Positions 9,407 through 18,593 of a DNA stretch of 61,075 nt are shown one piece after another. The position numbers were made by a program, and so were the translations under genes. The DNA is from a virus (lineage: Duplodnaviria; Caudoviricetes): the IMG/VR virus record IMGVR_UViG_3300010354_000093, positions 1 to 61,075 of that record; one strand, written 5' to 3'. The notes under the pieces were generated by a model. The model ran no database searches. It worked only from the letters and a program-made list of their open reading frames with translations, and was not told the origin of the DNA. Position 1 is the first letter of the stretch. Each line of letters opens with the position of its first letter.

Positions 9407-10591
9407 ATGGCACATCAAGATCCAATTATCGACAAAATTATTGTAGCACGAGTTGGTTTATTGCTACGTCACCCGTTTTTTGGCAACATGGCCACACGTC
9501 TGAAAATCGAAGAATGTACTGATTGGTGCATGACTGCGGCGACTGACGGGCGAACAATTTTCTTTAATCGAGACTTCTTTAGTAAACTATCTATTAAACA
9601 AATCGAATTTGTTATTGCACACGAAATTATGCATAATGTATTCGATCACCTTTCTCGTACAGAAGGCCGTGACCGTAGTATTTTTAATGCGGCAGCAGAC
9701 TATTGCGTAAATGGTCAGTTAGTTCGAGATCAAATTGGAGACCATAACATTCCAGATATTAAGATCTTTCATGATCCTAAATATTATAACTGGAGTGCAG
9801 AACAAGTCTACGACGACATTTACGAAAAAATGGACGAGCAGGCTCTTAAGGCGTTGGGTCAATTGCTCGACGAGCACGTTGACTGGGGTGAACAAGGTAA
9901 AAACGGTCGACCACAATATACCAAGGACGAGCTTAAACAAATCCGCGACGAAATTCGTGAAGCTACTATGCAAGCGGCACAAGCGGCGGGTGCAGGTAAT
10001 ACTCCTGCAAGCATCCAACGAATGATTAAGGAACTTACAGAACCTAAGATGAACTGGCGCGAAATTTTGCGTCAGCAAATTCAAAGTACCATTAAAAACG
10101 ATTTCAGTTTTATGCGTCCTAATCGCAAAGGATGGCATATGAGTGCTATTTTGCCCGGACAACAATTCCAAGAAACTATCGACATTTGCATTAGCATCGA
10201 TATGTCAGGCTCTATCGGCGACGAACAAGCTAAAGACTTCTTGACCGAGATTAAAGGCATTATGGAAGAATATAAGGACTTTAAAATTAAACTCTGGTGC
10301 TTTGATACTAGAGTATATAATGAAGCTGACTTTGATGGTTACACTATGGACGAATTCTTAGATTACCAACCTATGGGCGGTGGTGGTACTGAGTTTGACG
10401 TTAACTGGGAATACATGAAGGAACATGATATCAATCCTAAAAAGTTTATCATGTTTACTGACGGTTATCCCTGGGGCAGTTGGGGTGACGAACTCTACTG
10501 CGATACGGTATTCATCATTCATGGCAATGACAAGATTGTTCCTCCATTTGGAGAATACGCCTATTACGAAGCCTTAAAGGAATCTGCTTAA
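9407..10591 (+). CDS. HExxH metallopeptidase-like / vWA domain protein (MoxR partner)
   Basis: TAATDG, AHEIMH, N.AAD..VN; C-terminal vWA MIDAS DMSGS, GGGTEF, FTDG; AAGGAG RBS before ATG 9407. Confidence 0.85.
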   Translation: MAHQDPIIDKIIVARVGLLLRHPFFGNMATRLKIEECTDWCMTAATDGRTIFFNRDFFSKLSIKQIEFVIAHEIMHNVFDHLSRTEGRDRSIFNAAADYCVNGQLVRDQIGDHNIPDIKIFHDPKYYNWSAEQVYDDIYEKMDEQALKALGQLLDEHVDWGEQGKNGRPQYTKDELKQIRDEIREATMQAAQAAGAGNTPASIQRMIKELTEPKMNWREILRQQIQSTIKNDFSFMRPNRKGWHMSAILPGQQFQETIDICISIDMSGSIGDEQAKDFLTEIKGIMEEYKDFKIKLWCFDTRVYNEADFDGYTMDEFLDYQPMGGGGTEFDVNWEYMKEHDINPKKFIMFTDGYPWGSWGDELYCDTVFIIHGNDKIVPPFGEYAYYEALKESA

Positions 10592-10878
10592 TGGCATTGA
10601 AAAATGGCAAACCTAACCCGTTAAATTACTTTGACTTACGCAGGGTTGGGTTTGCCGCACCGCACTTTAAATATGTTACTATAGAAAAATTCAGTCCGAT
10701 TTATATTAAACAGTTAGATTCCTGGATTAAGAAAAATCTTAATCATCGATATTATATTGGGCCAAGCATTTCTCTTGATAATAGTAACACCATCATATAC
10801 ACAACAAAACTTGGCTTTGAAAGCGAAAAAGAACTTAGCTTTTTCACGATTGCGTGTCCGCTTTTTCAATCAAGATAA
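10591..10878 (+). CDS. hypothetical protein
   Basis: 95-aa ORF coupled by TAATG overlap. Confidence 0.7.
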   Translation: MALKNGKPNPLNYFDLRRVGFAAPHFKYVTIEKFSPIYIKQLDSWIKKNLNHRYYIGPSISLDNSNTIIYTTKLGFESEKELSFFTIACPLFQSR

Positions 10879-10882
10879 TTAA
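10874..10882 (+). promoter_or_regulatory. putative late promoter variant GATAATTAA
   Basis: 26 nt before ATG 10909; same 9-mer precedes the 17652 gene on the - strand. Confidence 0.4.
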
Positions 10883-10908
10883 CTATGCAGTTCGAATAAG
10901 GAGAAACC

Positions 10909-11172
10909 ATGACTGATACTGTAGAAAATCAAACTCAAACTGACGACAACATTCCTGTACCCGTTGAAGTACTCAATGTACAAGATTTAGTAGATATCGC
11001 AAATCTTATTGATGTTGTTACTCAACGCGGTGCTTTCCGTGCGGACGAGCTAACTGCCGCTGGTGCATTGTATGACAAACTAAAAACATTCCTAGCAACC
11101 TTAATGCCAAAAGAAGAAACACCCGAGGCAGAACAAAAAGTTGAAGGAACTTACGAATTCAAGGGAGAATAA
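10909..11172 (+). CDS. small helical protein, paralog A
   Basis: AAGGAG RBS; LNVQDL..IDVVTQRGAFRADEL...G.LYDKL..FL. Confidence 0.8.
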   Translation: MTDTVENQTQTDDNIPVPVEVLNVQDLVDIANLIDVVTQRGAFRADELTAAGALYDKLKTFLATLMPKEETPEAEQKVEGTYEFKGE

Positions 11173-11175
11173 ACA

Positions 11176-11412
11176 ATGGCCGAAACCGCTGCTCAAACTC
11201 CAGAAAAAGAAGACATGGATCTAAGTCTCAATGATCTTAATGCTATGAAAGTTATCATTGATATTGCTAGTTCTCGTGGTGCATTCAAACCAAACGAAAT
11301 GGCAGTAGTAGGAACAACCTATAACAAACTAACTGCATTCCTTGATAATGTAGCAAAACAAGCAGAAGCCGCAAAACTGTCAAAGGTAGCGGCAAGTCAA
11401 CCGGAGGCATAA
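11176..11412 (+). CDS. small helical protein, paralog B
   Basis: GGAG RBS; LSLNDL..IDIASSRGAFKPNEM...G..YNKL..FL. Confidence 0.8.
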   Translation: MAETAAQTPEKEDMDLSLNDLNAMKVIIDIASSRGAFKPNEMAVVGTTYNKLTAFLDNVAKQAEAAKLSKVAASQPEA

Positions 11413-11416
11413 AAAT

Positions 11417-12055
11417 ATGCAAAGTTTAAAACACGTAGGTAGAATTAAATCTACCAAAAAGAAAGTTCTTATTGCTTATAGAACATTGCCAGGCGATGCA
11501 TACTATTGTCTAGTAATTCCAACAGAGAGTCTAGATGATCAATATCATAATGCAATTATTAATCTAGTAGAAAGCCCGGCGGCACAATCTGCGTATGAAT
11601 TTGCAGAAGCATTGGATCGTACACAATTCCCGGACGGAAGTCGTATGCTTCCTAGCTTACATGCTAAAGGAATGTTGCTAAAAGTTTCAACGGATCAGGT
11701 AGAAATGACCCCAACTATGTCTACTAGCATTTTGCTTTCTGAGTTAAATCAGATCATTGCAGAACAACGAGGTGTTGCTGTCGACGGTCTTTCGATTGCT
11801 CCTGCAAGTGCTGATAAAGTTGAATACATGGACACTTCAACTAAAACTTCTTCTAAAGAAAAAGTAGTTAAAACGACTTCGCAAGACATTGCACAAGAAG
11901 TTACTCATGAACCTGAGCCAACTTTTGATTCTCCAGAATCTGAAGCAAAATACTACAGAAGTCAAGCCGATAAGTTAGCAAAGCAAGCTGCCGAAATGAG
12001 ACGTAAGGCCGAGGAAATTGCTCCTACCAAGAAAAAACTATCTGAAGTAGCGTGA
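11417..12055 (+). CDS. hypothetical phage protein (C-terminal coiled coil)
   Basis: 212-aa ORF, GGAGG RBS. Confidence 0.8.
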   Translation: MQSLKHVGRIKSTKKKVLIAYRTLPGDAYYCLVIPTESLDDQYHNAIINLVESPAAQSAYEFAEALDRTQFPDGSRMLPSLHAKGMLLKVSTDQVEMTPTMSTSILLSELNQIIAEQRGVAVDGLSIAPASADKVEYMDTSTKTSSKEKVVKTTSQDIAQEVTHEPEPTFDSPESEAKYYRSQADKLAKQAAEMRRKAEEIAPTKKKLSEVA

Positions 12056-12372
12056 CCTCATCGGGAAAAAATCTTCCCAAAGAAGTTGTCGATTATTGGC
12101 CCGAAGTGTTTGGAGAAGTAAGACTTCACGTATTACCTCTTCGATATTTAGATTCGGTGTTGGTAAATTTTAAAGACGGAAAAATTTGGGAAATAAAAGT
12201 AACTGCAAAAACAAAGCGCCAAGGATGGGAGCCTTTTGAAAGGTCTCTATCAGAATTGGCTCGCACTTACGAACAAAAAATCGATAGTATTAATTTTAAA
12301 TTAGATACAGAAAAAATTAAAATTGATATTGAAAAATCAACACAAAAATTCTTAAAGAAACGGAAGTTATAA
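12052..12372 (+). CDS. hypothetical protein
   Basis: 106-aa ORF, GTGA overlap. Confidence 0.7.
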   Translation: MTSSGKNLPKEVVDYWPEVFGEVRLHVLPLRYLDSVLVNFKDGKIWEIKVTAKTKRQGWEPFERSLSELARTYEQKIDSINFKLDTEKIKIDIEKSTQKFLKKRKL

Positions 12373-13049
12373 TGCAAGTTAAACTAATCAGTGTTAGCAA
12401 GCCAAGTCAAGAAATGATCGACGAAGGGATTGCAGATGCACAAGAACTTATTGCTTTTTGTGCTCGTGTAAGCAACCCTGCTAACCAGTTTAATACCGAA
12501 ACTAGTGAAAAACTAATCAAGTATCTTGTAAAACACCAGCACTGGAGTCCTCTAGAAATGGTTTCAGCTTGCATTGAAATTACAACTACTCGAGACATTG
12601 CTAGACAGATTTTGCGTCATCGTAGTTTCAGCTTCCAAGAATTTAGTCAAAGGTATGCTGATCCAACCAAAGACTTACAGTTTGTTCTACGTGAGCCTCG
12701 ATTTCAAGATACTAAAAATCGTCAAAATAGTATCGACATCGACTGGGATAACGACGAACACAGACAAATTGCTTATCAATGGGAAAATCTGCAAAATGAT
12801 CTAATTAGGCGCACTCGAGATGCCTACGAGTGGGCTATTAGTAAAGGCATTGCAAAAGAACAAGCTCGTGCAGTCTTACCTGAAGGCTTAATTGAAAGTC
12901 GTTTGTACATGAATGGAACATTGCGTAGTTGGGTTCACTTCATCGAACTGCGATCTGCAAACGGTACTCAAAAAGAACATCAGGAAGTTGCAAGAGCTTG
13001 TGCTCGAGCGATTGCGGAAATCTTTCCAATGATTTCCGACCTTACTTAA
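12372..13049 (+). CDS. thyX: FAD-dependent thymidylate synthase
   Basis: ARVSNP, HWSPLE, RQILRHRSFSFQEFSQRY (RHRx7SxR), KEQARAVLP, GTLRSW, QKEH. Confidence 0.95.
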   Translation: MQVKLISVSKPSQEMIDEGIADAQELIAFCARVSNPANQFNTETSEKLIKYLVKHQHWSPLEMVSACIEITTTRDIARQILRHRSFSFQEFSQRYADPTKDLQFVLREPRFQDTKNRQNSIDIDWDNDEHRQIAYQWENLQNDLIRRTRDAYEWAISKGIAKEQARAVLPEGLIESRLYMNGTLRSWVHFIELRSANGTQKEHQEVARACARAIAEIFPMISDLT

Positions 13050-14121
13050 ACATCGACGGCGGGAACATTTTAATATGTTGCTCGTATTCTTCTTTTAACC
13101 ATTCGTAATCGTTAATTTTAGCTAGAGCGTTCTTATCACCTCTATAAGTACTACCATACCATTGGCCTGCACTTGCACCGCCTCGTACATATTCTGCATA
13201 GGGTTTATCCTTACCTCCAGATAACCATACTTTTAAACGCTCTTCAGTTTCTTTATCAACCTGACCATTGATTACTCGACTACTAAGTTTAGTACACTCT
13301 CTAAATGCACTACGCCATGCGCTAAAAGAATCTGTGTTAAAATGTGTTATATTTGCAACTTCAGGAATAATTTTTATATCTTTGCTAATGCTTGTTGTCA
13401 TGTCAACTGATTCGTTTGACATGTTTAATACTTTTTCTCTAGGAAACAATTTTAGGCCACCGAATCCATATTCTAAATGATTTACTGGATTACGGCTATA
13501 CCATAAATGGACCATTTCCTCTTCCTCTGGCGTCAGTGCTAAATTAAATTTAAAAGTAGGAAGTATTTCGCAGTCAGCATCCACAACCCAAAACATATTA
13601 GTAGTAGCTTGTTTGGCTGCTTCGATGTGTGCGTTATGGATTCCTTTAATACCTTCGACATGAAAAGTTCTATTTGCTTTTCTTCCTGGATGCGTTAACA
13701 GTTCTTTAAATCGTAAGTTTGCATTTAATTCATAATTTGATATAAATGCAATGTCGTAACCTTTGGTAAAAGTTGCAACATTATTCATTTTTATCATGCC
13801 GACAAAAAATCGATACTCTAATTCTCTTTTAGTGACTGTTTTATTTTTAGGAAACAGCCCAATACTAGGAAGATTTTTATCAACACTATTAGGCCAAATA
13901 TGTATGTATTCTTCTTCGCCAAGAGATGGCCGAAAATCAAAATTAAAATTACTATCAACAACAACACCTGGCCAGACTGCCCAAAACATTTTTGTTACAG
14001 ATTTTTCCTGGGCTTGCTCAAAAGTCATTGCTCGTTTAGCAAACGGAGTTATTTCTTTTAAACTAGCAAAATCACCATCGATGCTAGGAGTATGTTCTCC
14101 GATAAAAAATAAATCATACAT
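13042..14121 (-). CDS. glycosyltransferase-like protein (GT-A, DxD) with a duplicated degenerate N-terminal domain
   Basis: FISNYE.NA, VEGIKGIHNAH..AA, FWVVDAD, YGFGGLKLFP, AWRSAFRECTKL. Confidence 0.6.
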   Translation of the reverse strand: MYDLFFIGEHTPSIDGDFASLKEITPFAKRAMTFEQAQEKSVTKMFWAVWPGVVVDSNFNFDFRPSLGEEEYIHIWPNSVDKNLPSIGLFPKNKTVTKRELEYRFFVGMIKMNNVATFTKGYDIAFISNYELNANLRFKELLTHPGRKANRTFHVEGIKGIHNAHIEAAKQATTNMFWVVDADCEILPTFKFNLALTPEEEEMVHLWYSRNPVNHLEYGFGGLKLFPREKVLNMSNESVDMTTSISKDIKIIPEVANITHFNTDSFSAWRSAFRECTKLSSRVINGQVDKETEERLKVWLSGGKDKPYAEYVRGGASAGQWYGSTYRGDKNALAKINDYEWLKEEYEQHIKMFPPSMFK

Positions 14122-15016
14122 GTTTTTTTCTTAGTCCTCTAGGAAAATTTTGATATACTGCTTTAAAAAATTTACTGCCAGCTGGATCAAGATTGGCTAT
14201 GTCTATTCCGCACTTTTCCCTAAGTTCTCGCCCATAAAAATTAATCTGTTCTGTGTATATCTCAGGCGTTGCATTTTCGTAATGTTCTTTCCAATAATTT
14301 GTTAAGTACTCGAAATCTCTTACATTAGTGTAATCCCAATCTGTACAATTAGTTAAAGCAGCTCCTTCTCGTGCGCCCAAAATACTAAACATTCCATTTT
14401 CAACATCAGCACCAACACTACACCAAATTAGTAATCTTTGATAATTTTGCCAATACGTCTTTTTTAAATCTTTTACACGGGCGCCTTGTTCTAACGACAT
14501 TTTTACCCCTTCTCGGAATCCTGCTCTCCATGCTTGAAAAGGTGTAGCATTTGTAAAACTCTCGCTGTAATTAGAATCGAACTGATAATAGTAATCATCA
14601 AAACAAAACTCTACTAGTCCTTTTGTATCTGACGGGTCGCTATTTTCATGTGTACGCATATTGTTGACAAAATCCTTTGTCCACATTTTTAGGCCGCCAT
14701 TACCGTACATCAAATGATTTACATGAACTTTTCCGGTCCAGCTGAATACGTGTTTTGGTGTTAATCCTAATTCGTCTAAGTTAATCTCAACTTCTAAAAA
14801 TTTTGGATCTACAATATTATCCCCGTCAACTGTTACAAAATACTCTGTTTCGCTTGTTGCAGCACAGGCCTTATGTGCAGCATCACTACCTTTGACTCCA
14901 TGCACACGTTTTGCCCAGGGCACCTTTGTTAATAAGTCAGCATAATGTTTTTCAGCATTAGGTTCATCGTAACTTAAAAATACGATATCTTGCTCAATTA
15001 CTTTAATTGTTGTCAT
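14114..15016 (-). CDS. glycosyltransferase-like protein (GT-A, DxD), paralog of 13042-14121
   Basis: FLSYDEPNA, VHGVKGSDAAHKACA, FVTVDGD, YGNGGLKMW, AWRAGFREGVKM. Confidence 0.6.
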   Translation of the reverse strand: MTTIKVIEQDIVFLSYDEPNAEKHYADLLTKVPWAKRVHGVKGSDAAHKACAATSETEYFVTVDGDNIVDPKFLEVEINLDELGLTPKHVFSWTGKVHVNHLMYGNGGLKMWTKDFVNNMRTHENSDPSDTKGLVEFCFDDYYYQFDSNYSESFTNATPFQAWRAGFREGVKMSLEQGARVKDLKKTYWQNYQRLLIWCSVGADVENGMFSILGAREGAALTNCTDWDYTNVRDFEYLTNYWKEHYENATPEIYTEQINFYGRELREKCGIDIANLDPAGSKFFKAVYQNFPRGLRKKHV

Positions 15017-15635
15017 AAACTTTAGTTAATCCGTATGTCTCAAATACTAATCGACTAGATACAAGTAAATTATCTATGTCGTGTTCTTTATTAGAAATAA
15101 AAGGATGGTAAACTTTTTCTTTAAATAACAATAACGAAGTGTCAATATAAATTATCCTTGTTAATAAATTTAAATCCGAGGCGTCAGTAACAAATACTGC
15201 AATACGTTGAGCAAGCCCTTCGTCATGCAATCTAGCCCGTGCTTTAGGTGTTAAGTAAAAATACCATCCCCAGCTATTCATATTCCATTCAACGATAAAT
15301 TCTTTTTCTTCTGGAGTTGTTGTTGGTTTAATAATTTCAAAAATATTTGTTCTTCGAATAAAAAATTCTTCTTCTTTTGGAATTATTGTTAGTCCAATTT
15401 TTTCGTCGTAAGCTACACAATAATCATGTATCGATTGCTGTCCTTCTAAAAATGGAACAATAACAGATTTTTCTACTTCAAGAAAATATTCAAATTTTTC
15501 ATTTTTTTCATTAGTAACTGAAAGTATGTTTCCAGTTTTTTTATCATAGTATACAAAATAATTTTTTGCAGGATTAGATGCAAAAACTTGCGATAATTCT
15601 TCCTCAGTAAAATAAATTAACTCATCATCTTGCAT
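15003..15635 (-). CDS. hypothetical protein
   Basis: ATG 15635 overlaps the end of the upstream gene; lies within the GT cluster. Confidence 0.7.
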   Translation of the reverse strand: MQDDELIYFTEEELSQVFASNPAKNYFVYYDKKTGNILSVTNEKNEKFEYFLEVEKSVIVPFLEGQQSIHDYCVAYDEKIGLTIIPKEEEFFIRRTNIFEIIKPTTTPEEKEFIVEWNMNSWGWYFYLTPKARARLHDEGLAQRIAVFVTDASDLNLLTRIIYIDTSLLLFKEKVYHPFISNKEHDIDNLLVSSRLVFETYGLTKVYDNN

Positions 15636-16467
15636 CTGGTAATTCCTTAATAATTTCAATTATTTCAGAAGTTAAAAAATCTTTTTCAACATAATGAAAT
15701 ACTTTTTGCTGACGGATATTAGCTAGATACAATTCGCCTTTTTTATTCATGAATTTATGAATAGTATTCTGCCAACGTATATTATCTAGTAACCAGCCTT
15801 GTATTGCAGGTTTCATATGTGTGAACTCTAACGGACAATTTTTATCAACTACCTCATCTTGGTAGCTAGAAATTTTTAATGCAATAGCTGCCGCAAGATC
15901 CATACTTAGCCAATGTTGGTAATCTTTAGGTGCATATTTTCCGTAGCATGCTTCCCAGTTTTTTATTACAAATTCTAAAATTTTATAAAAGCCTAGGGCT
16001 ACATTTGATTTTCTAAAATAATGAAATGCACAATACACATTTGGTAAATCATTTTCAATAAATGTTTTTCGATGCTTGAAATCTTGTTCAATAATTTCTT
16101 GTTTATAATTTTTAATCTTAGTGCAAAATTTTAAATCATAGTTATCAAGATAATCCCACCATCTAGATATGTCTTCAAGAATAAGCATATCACTATCAAG
16201 AACTACAGTCTGTTCATAAGGTGTAACATGATATATTTTCCAGCGATGATCAGCAGCTAAAAAATTGTCAGATTCGTCATACCACGGAATTTCAATTATG
16301 TTGTCAAACAGATTTTTATAATCATCTGGTACTTGATTGTTAGTTACAATCGATACATTAGCCACCAAAGATTGCGTTTTTTTAATACTCAATGCCAATG
16401 CACATGCTTGCTGTACATAATCAGTATCTTTGGAGTTTTTAGCAAAAATAACAAAACCTTTAGACAT
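15625..16467 (-). CDS. glycosyltransferase-like protein (GT8-like, DSD motif)
   Basis: GFVIFA...DYV..A..LALSIK, YHVTPYEQTVVLDSDML; GGAG RBS before ATG 16467. Confidence 0.65.
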   Translation of the reverse strand: MSKGFVIFAKNSKDTDYVQQACALALSIKKTQSLVANVSIVTNNQVPDDYKNLFDNIIEIPWYDESDNFLAADHRWKIYHVTPYEQTVVLDSDMLILEDISRWWDYLDNYDLKFCTKIKNYKQEIIEQDFKHRKTFIENDLPNVYCAFHYFRKSNVALGFYKILEFVIKNWEACYGKYAPKDYQHWLSMDLAAAIALKISSYQDEVVDKNCPLEFTHMKPAIQGWLLDNIRWQNTIHKFMNKKGELYLANIRQQKVFHYVEKDFLTSEIIEIIKELPDAR

Positions 16468-17305
16468 TACTGTCTCCATCAATGCACCGTGCAAGACTTA
16501 TTTTGTTCATAACGTGTATGTCTAAATTGCTAGTTTTTGCAGCAGTATATTCCCCTAAATGATTTTCTTTTTCAACTAAAAATTTCATGCTACTATCTGC
16601 TATCTCTAATAAAATATCTTTATCTGTTGTAAAAATCATTTTACCTGGCAGCTCCATTGGTAAGTCACTAGATAGTTTTCCATTTAGTAAGTGTATTGCT
16701 ATGCTAAAAGAATAATCATTACGATAGATACTAGAATCAATATTATACAGAGCCCGGTAATAAGTCCAGTTTTCTTTGATAAACTCAACTAATGTAAAAA
16801 ATGATTGTGTCCAAGCAGTTTTTGTAAAGATAAAAACAGTTGCCCAATAAAAAGGAATACTCTGATCATTAATCCTTTTAAACTCGTCATTTTGTCTCCA
16901 AGTTGTTAAATCCATACTTGATTTATAAATTTGGAAATCAGCATCGCGGTCTAACGCTATTTTTAGCAACGGAGAATTAATAATATAATCACTGTCGATA
17001 ACTAATGTTTTTTCAAATGGTGTAATTTCATATATCTGTGTTCTAGATAAATTCTTCCATTCTAAAACTTTGCTAGCCATTGCACCGTCATGAAAAGATC
17101 TTTTACCAGAAGATTCTCCAGCAATATGTATGATCTGATCAAAACAATGATCAGGATACGCCGACTCTAACCAGCCCCGGCTGTCAGTGGCCAATGCAAC
17201 TGGAATGTTAAGGTGTTTTTTGATTTGTTTAGCTGCAAAAACAGCTAACTTTACATAATCTATGACACCATTGTTTTGGGCAAAAATTAAAGCGCCTGTT
17301 GTCAT
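16460..17305 (-). CDS. glycosyltransferase-like protein (GT8-like, DSD motif), paralog of 15625-16467
   Basis: GALIFA...DYVKLA, YEITPFEKTLVIDSDY, WATVFIF, RNDYSFSIA. Confidence 0.65.
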   Translation of the reverse strand: MTTGALIFAQNNGVIDYVKLAVFAAKQIKKHLNIPVALATDSRGWLESAYPDHCFDQIIHIAGESSGKRSFHDGAMASKVLEWKNLSRTQIYEITPFEKTLVIDSDYIINSPLLKIALDRDADFQIYKSSMDLTTWRQNDEFKRINDQSIPFYWATVFIFTKTAWTQSFFTLVEFIKENWTYYRALYNIDSSIYRNDYSFSIAIHLLNGKLSSDLPMELPGKMIFTTDKDILLEIADSSMKFLVEKENHLGEYTAAKTSNLDIHVMNKISLARCIDGDSNV

Positions 17306-17652
17306 AGATCAACTAAATCTTTTACTTTTCTCTTAGATCTAATTTCTAAATACTTGGCTGCATATTCGTTTAACGTTTCAAAGTATGTAGAAAAAAGAGT
17401 TTCATGGAATGTAGATACATCTTTGATCAGTATTGGTATATTGTTATCATCGAGCACGGCTGCGTCAGACAAAATACCTTTATCAAGTAGCAATTTAGAA
17501 AAATTTATTAACTCAAGAGTAATTTTAAAAGTACCGCCATTGTAATAATAAATTAATTTTTGATCTAGCTCTTCCAAAATTATCTTTTTTTGGCTAGCCA
17601 AAGATGCAAAGTAATTTGTTATTTGGAAGGCTTTTTCTGTACGTTCATCCAT
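17302..17652 (-). CDS. hypothetical protein
   Basis: 116-aa ORF, GAGG RBS, ATGA overlap with the next gene. Confidence 0.75.
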   Translation of the reverse strand: MDERTEKAFQITNYFASLASQKKIILEELDQKLIYYYNGGTFKITLELINFSKLLLDKGILSDAAVLDDNNIPILIKDVSTFHETLFSTYFETLNEYAAKYLEIRSKRKVKDLVDL

Positions 17653-17679
17653 AGATAATCCTCGTAGTTATATACTACT

Positions 17680-17688
17680 TTAATTATC
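17680..17688 (-). promoter_or_regulatory. putative late promoter variant GATAATTAA
   Basis: Intergenic, 27 nt upstream of ATG 17652; identical to 10874-10882. Confidence 0.4.
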
Positions 17689-17706
17689 TATTATTTGATA
17701 AAGGGA

Positions 17707-18582
17707 TTATAATTGTGAAGATGTTGCTGGCGGTGCAGGAACAGATACATTTGAGCCAGAAGCACGCCTTACTTGGCATGTTCCAACTAATGTTCCATCA
17801 ACATCCTCGTCAACAGGAGGGCCAAGACCAGTTTGGTCGCCTGTATCATCGTCTCTAAATTCTAGCGTAAATTCTAACTGATTTGCACTTACTTTTCTAC
17901 CATAAAGATAAAAATCATTTTCAGCATAAACACCAGCAGGAGCAGGCTTATGGAATATCTGTGTATTTGATCCTGGTAAGTTTGTCCATCCGTAAGCTGA
18001 GCCTGTTCCAGAACCGCTAGCAGTAGTATCAGAATAGGCAAATGTAATAGTTCCCATACCAGTTAACATTGCCGTCCAAGTATTATTTTTTGATCCAGAA
18101 TTTCCGCCAGAACGACTAGCACTAAATTGAATATTACTACCAGTATTAAAGAAATGTCTTGCAGCATCCGCAGACGGCCATGTTATTGTTATTACTTGTT
18201 GTAATGTTCCGTTCCAAGATAATGTTCTTGTTGAACTAGCAACTGTTTCTATAGTTGCTTCGCCAGATGGCGGTGTAACTAATCTGTTTGTTACAACAAG
18301 GCTAGCCATGTTGTTACATGATGTATAAATTGTATTTGCAATCAATCCACCACTAGCTGGAATAGGAATATTTGAAGATTCATCGTTTCCTGTTTGGTGT
18401 TGTCTAGCTTTAAGTAAGTCGGATCGTAAATTAATCCATTGTTGAGCTGTAATTACTGCACCTGCTGAGATTTGACTGCTTGCAAGACTTTGACCATAGC
18501 CAAAATCTCCAGTACCTGTCCCCATGACAGATTGCACAGTTGATTGTATTGTATTATAATCAGTTAACTGGATTAATGGCAT
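17707..18582 (-). CDS. putative virion structural (tail-associated) protein
   Basis: Gly/Ser/Thr-rich beta-type composition; position in the tail operon. Confidence 0.6.
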   Translation of the reverse strand: MPLIQLTDYNTIQSTVQSVMGTGTGDFGYGQSLASSQISAGAVITAQQWINLRSDLLKARQHQTGNDESSNIPIPASGGLIANTIYTSCNNMASLVVTNRLVTPPSGEATIETVASSTRTLSWNGTLQQVITITWPSADAARHFFNTGSNIQFSASRSGGNSGSKNNTWTAMLTGMGTITFAYSDTTASGSGTGSAYGWTNLPGSNTQIFHKPAPAGVYAENDFYLYGRKVSANQLEFTLEFRDDDTGDQTGLGPPVDEDVDGTLVGTCQVRRASGSNVSVPAPPATSSQL

Positions 18583-18593
18583 GTTTTACCCTA

